Assembly: GCA_020846275.1 (NCBI GenBank)
Contig: JADLEG010000174.1
Location: 3,979 to 67,978, forward strand
DNA length: 64,000 bases
Direction of reading: 5' to 3'
Source: Alphaproteobacteria bacterium
GTDB lineage: Bacteria > Pseudomonadota > Alphaproteobacteria > JAEULC01
Part shown: in pieces, positions 58,343 through 64,000 of the stretch
Layout of the letters: the number at the start of each line of letters is the position of its first letter
How positions within the stretch are numbered: position 1 is the stretch's first letter
The notes under the pieces: model-generated
Database searches by the model: none
The model's input: the letters and a program-made list of their open reading frames with translations, nothing else
Told to the model about the DNA's origin: nothing
Made by a program: the position numbers and the translations under genes

Positions 58343-60374
58343 GCCCACGGCATCCACCGGCGCCGCCTGGCGGGTCGGGATCGACATCGGCGGCACGTTC
58401 ACCGATATCGTCGCGATCCGGGCGGGTTCGAACGAGACCCGTGTGGCCAAGGTTGCGACGCTTCCGGGCGATCGGGTCGAAGGCTTGTTCGACGCCCTGG
58501 CGGCGGTCGGCCTCGAATGGCGTGAAGTGGGCGACCTGATCCACGGAACGACGATGATCACGAACGCGATCGTCGAGGGACGCCTTGCGAAGGTCGCGCT
58601 GGTCACGACGCGCGGCTTCGCCGACACGCTCGCCATCGGCCGGCAGAACCGGCGCGATCTCTATCGTCTCGACGTCGCGCCGAAGCTTCTGCCGCTGGTT
58701 CCACGCGAACGTTGCCTCGAGGTGGGCGAACGGCTCGATGCCGAAGGTCGGATCCTCGAACCTCTTGCGGAAACCGAAGCCGACGCCGCCGTCGACCGGG
58801 TGGAGAAGAGCGGGGTGGAGGCCGTCGCCGTGTCGCTGATCCACGCCTATGCCAACCCCGCGCACGAGGAGCGGCTGGGCGAAAGGCTCCGGCGGCGCTT
58901 TCCCTACGTGGCCCTGTCCCATCGGGTCAATCCCGAGGCGCGCGAGTACGAGCGGACCGCGACCACGGTCCTGAGCGCGAGCGTCATGCCGCTCGCTGCC
59001 GGCTACCTCGACAACCTCGCGCGGCGCGTCCCTGCCAGAGCGCGCGTCCACCTCTTCCATTCCGCCGGCGGCATGGCGTCCGCAGAGGCGCTGCGGGACC
59101 TGCCGCTCGGCTTGGCCATGTCCGGCCCCGCCGCGGGCGTCGCCGCCGCCGCGCGCATCGCGCGCGAGCTCGATCTCGACCACGTCATCAGCTTCGACAT
59201 GGGCGGCACCACGACCGACGCATGCCTGATCGCCGACGGCCGTCCCGAGATCGCAACCGACCGCGCGCTCGCTGGCCGGCCACTTCGCCAGCCGATGGTC
59301 GCCGTCGAGTCGATCGGGGCCGGCGGCGGCTCGCTCGCCCGTTTCGACCGTGGCGCGCTCTGCGTCGGACCCGAGAGCGCCGGGGCCGAGCCGGGTCCGG
59401 CTTGCTACGGCCGCGGCGGCGCCAGGCCAACGGTGAGCGACGCCAATCTCGTGCTCGGCTATCTCGATGCCGCCCGCCCGCTCGGAGGCGGGATGCGACT
59501 TGATCCGGCCGCCGCCGAGCGCGCCATCGCGGGGCTTGCCGGCGAGGCCGGATTGAGCACGCGCGACGCCGCGCTCGGCATCGTCGCCGTCGCCAACCAG
59601 ACGATGGTCCGCGCGCTCCGCCGCATCACGGTCGAGCGCGGAGTCGACGGGCGCCGTTGCGCCTTGCTTGCCTTCGGCGGCGCGGGACCGATGCATGCGG
59701 CCGCGGTCGCCCGCGCCTTCGGCATCGCCCGGGTCGTCGTGCCAATGGCGTCGAGCGTCTTTTCCGCCCTCGGCTGCGCGGCCGCCGGCATGAGCTATTC
59801 GCAGCAGCAGACGCTGCGGATGCCGCTCGCCGCATGGGATTCCGGCCGCATCGAGTCGGCGCGGGCGGAATTGCGCAAGCGCCTTTCAGCGCCTCTGGTC
59901 GCCGCGGGCCATGGCCCGAACGAGATCGCGATCGAGGAGGTCGCGCTGGTCCGCTACGGTGGCCAGAGCTACGCCGTCGAGATCCATGATCCGGAGTTCG
60001 GCGACCCGGCCAAGCTCGGCCGGCGCTTTCGCGAGCGTCACGAGCGCCTCTACGGATTCGCCACCGACGAGCCCTGGGAGCTCGTCGCGTTGCGCATCCG
60101 CGCGTTCGCGCCGCAGCTCGACGGCGGCGCGCTCGCCATCGCCGACACGCCGGCGGTCGGCGGATCGCAAATCGCGGCCGGCACCTGCGTCTTCGATCGC
60201 TCGGGTCCGGTCGCGACGCCGCGCCACGAGCGGACCCGGCTGACGCCCCGCCGGACTATCCGGGGTCCGGCCGTGATCGTGGACGCCTTTTCGACGGTGG
60301 TGGTTCCGCCCGGCGCGACGCTGACGCCCGACCAACGGGGCCACCTGTTCATGGACGTGGGAGCGCCGGCATGA
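58335..60374 (+). CDS. hydantoinase A / 5-oxoprolinase family protein (HyuA)
   Basis: WRVGIDIGGTFTDIV; 679 aa. Confidence 0.8.
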   Translation: MAEPTASTGAAWRVGIDIGGTFTDIVAIRAGSNETRVAKVATLPGDRVEGLFDALAAVGLEWREVGDLIHGTTMITNAIVEGRLAKVALVTTRGFADTLAIGRQNRRDLYRLDVAPKLLPLVPRERCLEVGERLDAEGRILEPLAETEADAAVDRVEKSGVEAVAVSLIHAYANPAHEERLGERLRRRFPYVALSHRVNPEAREYERTATTVLSASVMPLAAGYLDNLARRVPARARVHLFHSAGGMASAEALRDLPLGLAMSGPAAGVAAAARIARELDLDHVISFDMGGTTTDACLIADGRPEIATDRALAGRPLRQPMVAVESIGAGGGSLARFDRGALCVGPESAGAEPGPACYGRGGARPTVSDANLVLGYLDAARPLGGGMRLDPAAAERAIAGLAGEAGLSTRDAALGIVAVANQTMVRALRRITVERGVDGRRCALLAFGGAGPMHAAAVARAFGIARVVVPMASSVFSALGCAAAGMSYSQQQTLRMPLAAWDSGRIESARAELRKRLSAPLVAAGHGPNEIAIEEVALVRYGGQSYAVEIHDPEFGDPAKLGRRFRERHERLYGFATDEPWELVALRIRAFAPQLDGGALAIADTPAVGGSQIAAGTCVFDRSGPVATPRHERTRLTPRRTIRGPAVIVDAFSTVVVPPGATLTPDQRGHLFMDVGAPA

Positions 60375-61963
60375 CGGCGGCCGTCGATCCCGTCACGCTC
60401 GAGGTCATCCGAAACGCGCTGACCGCGATCGCCGAGGAGATGTCGCTCGTAATCATGCGCTCGGCCCGCTCGCCGCTCCTGCGCGAAGCGGGCGACCTGT
60501 CCTCGGCGGTGACGGACGCGGACGGCCATCTCGTCGCCCAGGGCCGCGACGTGCCCATGCATCTCGGCGTGATGAGCTTCACGGTGCGAGAGTTCCTGAA
60601 GCGGGTTCCGAAGGAGCGCCTCGCTCCCGGCGACGTGTGGTTCATGAACTTGCCCGAGGTCGGCGGCAACCATCTGCCCGACGTCAAAGCGATCCGGCCG
60701 ATCTTCGCCGGCGGCACGGTCCGCGCGTTCGCCGTCAATCTCGCGCACTGGGCGGACATCGGCGGCGCCGTGCCGGGCAGCTACGTCCCCCACGCGACCG
60801 ACGCCTGGCAGGAGGGCTTGCGCATCTCCCCCTTGCGCCTGTTCGCCATGGCGGGCCCCGACCGTGAGAAGCTCGATTTCGTCCTCGCCAACGTGCGCGG
60901 TGCCGCGGAGCGCGAAGGCGACATCCTCGCCCAGATGGCCGCGACGCGTGCTGCCGAGATCCGCCTCGATCAGCTGTTCGCCGAGCACGGCATCGACACC
61001 GTCCTCGCCGCCATCGCCGCGATCAACGACCGCGCCGAAGCCCAGATGCGCGCGGCGATCGCACAAGTTCCCGACGGAACCTATGCGGGCGAGGACTGGC
61101 TCGACGACGATGGATCGGGGCGCGAGCGGATCGCCGTCCGCGTGAAGGTCCGCGTCAGCGGCGACGAAGCGACGTTCGACTTCTCCGACACCGACGACGC
61201 GGTTCCCGGGCCGGTGAACACGACGCCGTTCATCACGGCGGCCTCGGTCTTCTATGTCGCGAAGGCGCTGCTCGGCCCCGACATCCAGCCGAGCGGCGGC
61301 TGCTATCGCCCGCTCAAGGTCGTCACCCGCCGCGGCTCGGTGCTCGATCCCGGCGTCGGGAAGCCGGTGGTCGGCGGCAACCATGAGACGTCGCAGCGGG
61401 TCGCCGACGCGATCTTCCGGGCATTGGAGCCTGCGCTTCCCGGCCGCGCGAGCGCCGGCGGACCGACGACGTCGGGCCTGGTCTTGTTCGGCGGCCGCCG
61501 CGCCGACGGCGTGTGGACCACCCTCTACGAGGTCCACGGGGGCGGCGAGGGCGCGCGCGCGGACCGCGACGGGATGCCGGTGATCCGCGTCCACATGTCG
61601 AACGTCATGAATACGCCTGCCGAGGTGATCGAGGCCGAGTATCCGATCCGGGTCGAGTGCCAGAAGTTGAGAAGCCGATCCGGCGGGCGAGGCAGGCATC
61701 GCGGCGGCGACGGATTGCATCGCGAATACCGGGTCATGTGCCGGGACATGTCGGTGACGTCCATGTTCGAGCGGCGTCTCGTTCCGCCCTACGGGCTTCA
61801 CGGCGGCGAGTGCGGGGCTCCCTTCCGCGTGACCATCACGCGCGCCGGCGGATGCGCCGAGGACATGCCGGGAAAGGCCAGCGTCCGCCTCGACACGGGC
61901 GACCTGGTGACCGTGGAAAGCTGTGGCGGCGGCGGGTACGGCGCCGTGGCGGGGAAGACGTAA
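60371..61963 (+). CDS. hydantoinase B / 5-oxoprolinase family protein (HyuB)
   Basis: ATGA overlap with hyuA; 530 aa. Confidence 0.8.
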   Translation: MTAAVDPVTLEVIRNALTAIAEEMSLVIMRSARSPLLREAGDLSSAVTDADGHLVAQGRDVPMHLGVMSFTVREFLKRVPKERLAPGDVWFMNLPEVGGNHLPDVKAIRPIFAGGTVRAFAVNLAHWADIGGAVPGSYVPHATDAWQEGLRISPLRLFAMAGPDREKLDFVLANVRGAAEREGDILAQMAATRAAEIRLDQLFAEHGIDTVLAAIAAINDRAEAQMRAAIAQVPDGTYAGEDWLDDDGSGRERIAVRVKVRVSGDEATFDFSDTDDAVPGPVNTTPFITAASVFYVAKALLGPDIQPSGGCYRPLKVVTRRGSVLDPGVGKPVVGGNHETSQRVADAIFRALEPALPGRASAGGPTTSGLVLFGGRRADGVWTTLYEVHGGGEGARADRDGMPVIRVHMSNVMNTPAEVIEAEYPIRVECQKLRSRSGGRGRHRGGDGLHREYRVMCRDMSVTSMFERRLVPPYGLHGGECGAPFRVTITRAGGCAEDMPGKASVRLDTGDLVTVESCGGGGYGAVAGKT

Positions 61964-62004
61964 CGGCGGAGACCGGGATCGGGATCCGCAGGAGGATGGA
62001 CATC

Positions 62005-62787
62005 GTGAGACTTGCGAACAAGAAGGCCATCGTCACCGGCGCGGCCAAGGGAATGGGCGCCGCGATCACCACGACCCTTGCCCGCCAAGGCGCCGACGTG
62101 CTGCTGACCGCGCGCGAGATCGGGGCCCTCGAGGAAGTGGCGAAGGCGGTGACGGCGCTCGGACGCCAGGCCCATGTCGTCACCTGCGACGTGACGGTGG
62201 AAGGCCAGGTCGCGGCCATGGTGGAACGAGCCAAGACCGCGTTCGCCGGACGGATCGACATCCTGGTCAACGTCGCGGGAGTCACCGGACCGATCGAAAC
62301 GCCGGTGCAGAACATCGCGGTCGAGGACTTCGATGACGTCATCCACGCCAACATCCGGGGCACGTTCCTGCCCATCAAGCATGTGGTGCCGACCATGATC
62401 GCCCAGAAGAGCGGCAAGATCGTGAACATCGGCGGCACGTCGGGCCTGCGCGGCTATCGGATGCGCACCGCCTACAGTTCCTCGAAATGGGCCGTGCGCG
62501 GCATCACCCGCACGGTCGCCCTCGAGGTCGGCAAGTACAATGTCAACGTCAACGCGGTTTGCCCAGGCATCGTCGAGACACCCCGGATGGAGAAACTGTG
62601 CCGGGAGAAGGCGCGGGTGCGCGGCTGGACCTACGAGCAGGTCTACGAGGAATACGTGGAGGACATGGCGCTGAAGCGCGTCACCACGTGCCAGGACGTC
62701 GCCGACGCCGTTCTTTTCATGTGTAGCGAAGAGAGCCGCAACATCACCGGCCAGGAACTCGCCGTCGACGGTGGTTGGGACGTTTGA
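62005..62787 (+). CDS. SDR-family oxidoreductase (short-chain dehydrogenase/reductase)
   Basis: TGAAKGMG (cofactor-binding glycine motif), NVAG and the catalytic YSSSK. GTG at 62005 sits 8 nt after GGAGGA. ATG 61996 is the alternative. The track ORF 61513-62787 is over-extended. Confidence 0.8.
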   Translation: MRLANKKAIVTGAAKGMGAAITTTLARQGADVLLTAREIGALEEVAKAVTALGRQAHVVTCDVTVEGQVAAMVERAKTAFAGRIDILVNVAGVTGPIETPVQNIAVEDFDDVIHANIRGTFLPIKHVVPTMIAQKSGKIVNIGGTSGLRGYRMRTAYSSSKWAVRGITRTVALEVGKYNVNVNAVCPGIVETPRMEKLCREKARVRGWTYEQVYEEYVEDMALKRVTTCQDVADAVLFMCSEESRNITGQELAVDGGWDV

Positions 62788-62851
62788 GGGCCGGTCTCCC
62801 GCCCGACGTTCCCCACCGAATACGTGACCGCGAGGATCCGAGAGGAGCGGA

Positions 62852-63715
62852 ATGCCCATGCATGCGACGTTCGATCTCGACCGCCCCGCCAATCTGGCCG
62901 CGGCGTTCGCCCTCCTGAAGAGCGAGGGAGCGGCCGCGCTTGCGGGGGGCACCAACCTGATCGTCGACATGCGCGCCGGCCGCGAACGCCCGCAGCGGGT
63001 CGTTTCGCTCGACCGGCTGGAGGCTTTGCGCGGCATCCGGCAAACGGGCGGACAGGTCTCGATCGGCGGGCGCACGACCGTGACCGATCTCCTGCTTTCG
63101 CCGGTGATTGCCAAGACCGCGCCTGCCCTGGTCGAATCCGCGCGGCTGTTTGCCGGGCAGATGGTCCGCAACACCGCGACGGTCGCCGGCAACATCGCAT
63201 GCGGTTCCCCCGCGGCCGATCTCGTCCCGCCCCTGTTCGCGCTCGATGCGAAGTTGACGCTGGTTTCCGCCCGCGGCCGCAGGACGAGGCCGATAGACTC
63301 CTTCTTCACCGGCTACAAGACGGACATTCGGCGTCCGACCGAGCTCATCAGCCGAATCTCCTGGAAGGCACCCACGTCCCGCTCCTGCGCCCTGTTCTAC
63401 AAGCTCGCCCGCCGCAAGGGCGACGCGATCACAGTCGTCGGCGTCGCGGTTGCGCTGGACGTGGACCGGGGCCTCTGCACGCGCGCACGGGTGGCGCTTG
63501 GGGCGGTCGCGCCGACCGTGATCCATGCGCGAGAGGCGGAGGCGATCCTCGAAGGTCGGCCGTTGACGCCGGAGCTGATCGACTCCGCCGCCGAGAGCGC
63601 GAGCGCTGCCGCCCGGCCAATCGACGACATCCGCGCTTCCGCCGCGTACCGCCGCCACGGTGTCCGGGTGCTCGTCCGCCGCCTTGTCACGCAGGCATGG
63701 GAAAGACTGGCCTGA
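62852..63715 (+). CDS. molybdenum hydroxylase FAD-binding subunit (CoxM / xanthine-dehydrogenase family medium subunit)
   Basis: 287 aa with FAD_binding_5 and CO_deh_flav_C patterns (AGGTNLIVDMR). Confidence 0.8.
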   Translation: MPMHATFDLDRPANLAAAFALLKSEGAAALAGGTNLIVDMRAGRERPQRVVSLDRLEALRGIRQTGGQVSIGGRTTVTDLLLSPVIAKTAPALVESARLFAGQMVRNTATVAGNIACGSPAADLVPPLFALDAKLTLVSARGRRTRPIDSFFTGYKTDIRRPTELISRISWKAPTSRSCALFYKLARRKGDAITVVGVAVALDVDRGLCTRARVALGAVAPTVIHAREAEAILEGRPLTPELIDSAAESASAAARPIDDIRASAAYRRHGVRVLVRRLVTQAWERLA

Positions 63716-63727
63716 GGAGACGAACGT

Positions 63728-64000
63728 CATGCCCAAGACCAAGGTGCTAGCCAAGGGTAAGGCGACTGCCGCAGCCCGGGACCGCTCCATCGCGCTCCGC
63801 GTCAACGGTCGCATAGTGGAGGTCCGGACGCCGCCCCACCGCACACTGCTCGAGGCGTTGCGCGACGCCGGTTTCGTCGAGGTCAAGCGCGGCTGCGAGA
63901 AGGGGGATTGCGGCGCTTGCGCCGTTCTCGTCGACGGGATCGCGGTAGATGCCTGCCTGACGATGGCCTGGACGGCCGAGGGTCGCGAGATCGTCACCGC
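63728..64000 (+). CDS. molybdenum hydroxylase (2Fe-2S) ferredoxin subunit (CoxS-like), N-terminal part; continues beyond the window
   Basis: A GAGGAG RBS precedes the start. The plant-type 2Fe-2S cysteine motif is CEKGDCGACAV. Confidence 0.75.

Noticed and set aside
1-64000. Search for CRISPR arrays, transposases, integrases, tRNA/rRNA and phage genes
   Set aside because: There are no direct-repeat/spacer arrays, no DDE or tyrosine recombinase signatures and no tRNA-like cloverleaf regions. The window appears to be core or accessory chromosomal catabolic DNA, not a mobile element or defence island.

Overview
This is a high-GC, densely coding chromosomal segment, and by gene content it is most likely proteobacterial. 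I found no rRNA, tRNA, CRISPR array, transposase or integrase. Most genes sit in transporter-linked catabolic modules on both strands.

**Window layout (1-based coordinates):**
- 1-7144: a PotD/PotABC-like ABC importer with tandemly duplicated binding-protein genes. An ADP-forming acyl-CoA synthetase and an enoyl-CoA hydratase are inserted between the permease and ATPase genes.
- 7164-12704: an MFS Bcr/CflA efflux pump and a stand-alone 1443-aa Lhr-type DEAD/DEAH helicase.
- 12951-24228: a LysR regulator divergent from a hydantoinase B-then-A pair and a TRAP transporter (P-Q-M order). Next come a TauD/TfdA dioxygenase plus threonine-aldolase operon and a D-2-hydroxyacid dehydrogenase.
- 24225-40367: an island carrying two TRAP systems, two HpcH/HpaI aldolases, a divergent PEP-mutase/isocitrate-lyase-family protein, an RraA-like aldolase/decarboxylase, RidA, an MFS transporter, a HyuA/HyuB pair and a LacI regulator. 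LacI-operator-like motifs are scattered through it.
- 40458-52132: an IclR regulator with a third HyuA/HyuB pair, an aliphatic-sulfonate/nitrate-type ABC transporter, a dienelactone hydrolase and a polar amino-acid ABC transporter.
- 52239-55991: GntR regulator, then an AtuA-like (DUF1446) protein, a DUF4387 protein and a class-III aminotransferase.
- 56069-64000: a DUF1989 protein, an IclR regulator, a possibly frameshifted small ORF, a fourth HyuA/HyuB pair, an SDR oxidoreductase, and the FAD and 2Fe-2S subunits of a molybdenum hydroxylase. The Mo subunit presumably lies beyond the window.

**What looks most novel:**
- No classical defence system or mobile element is visible.
- The most interesting material is several uncharacterised but coherent catabolic modules and a recurring operator-like motif family.
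- Many long ORFs in the six-frame track are antisense artefacts of the high GC content and were not called.
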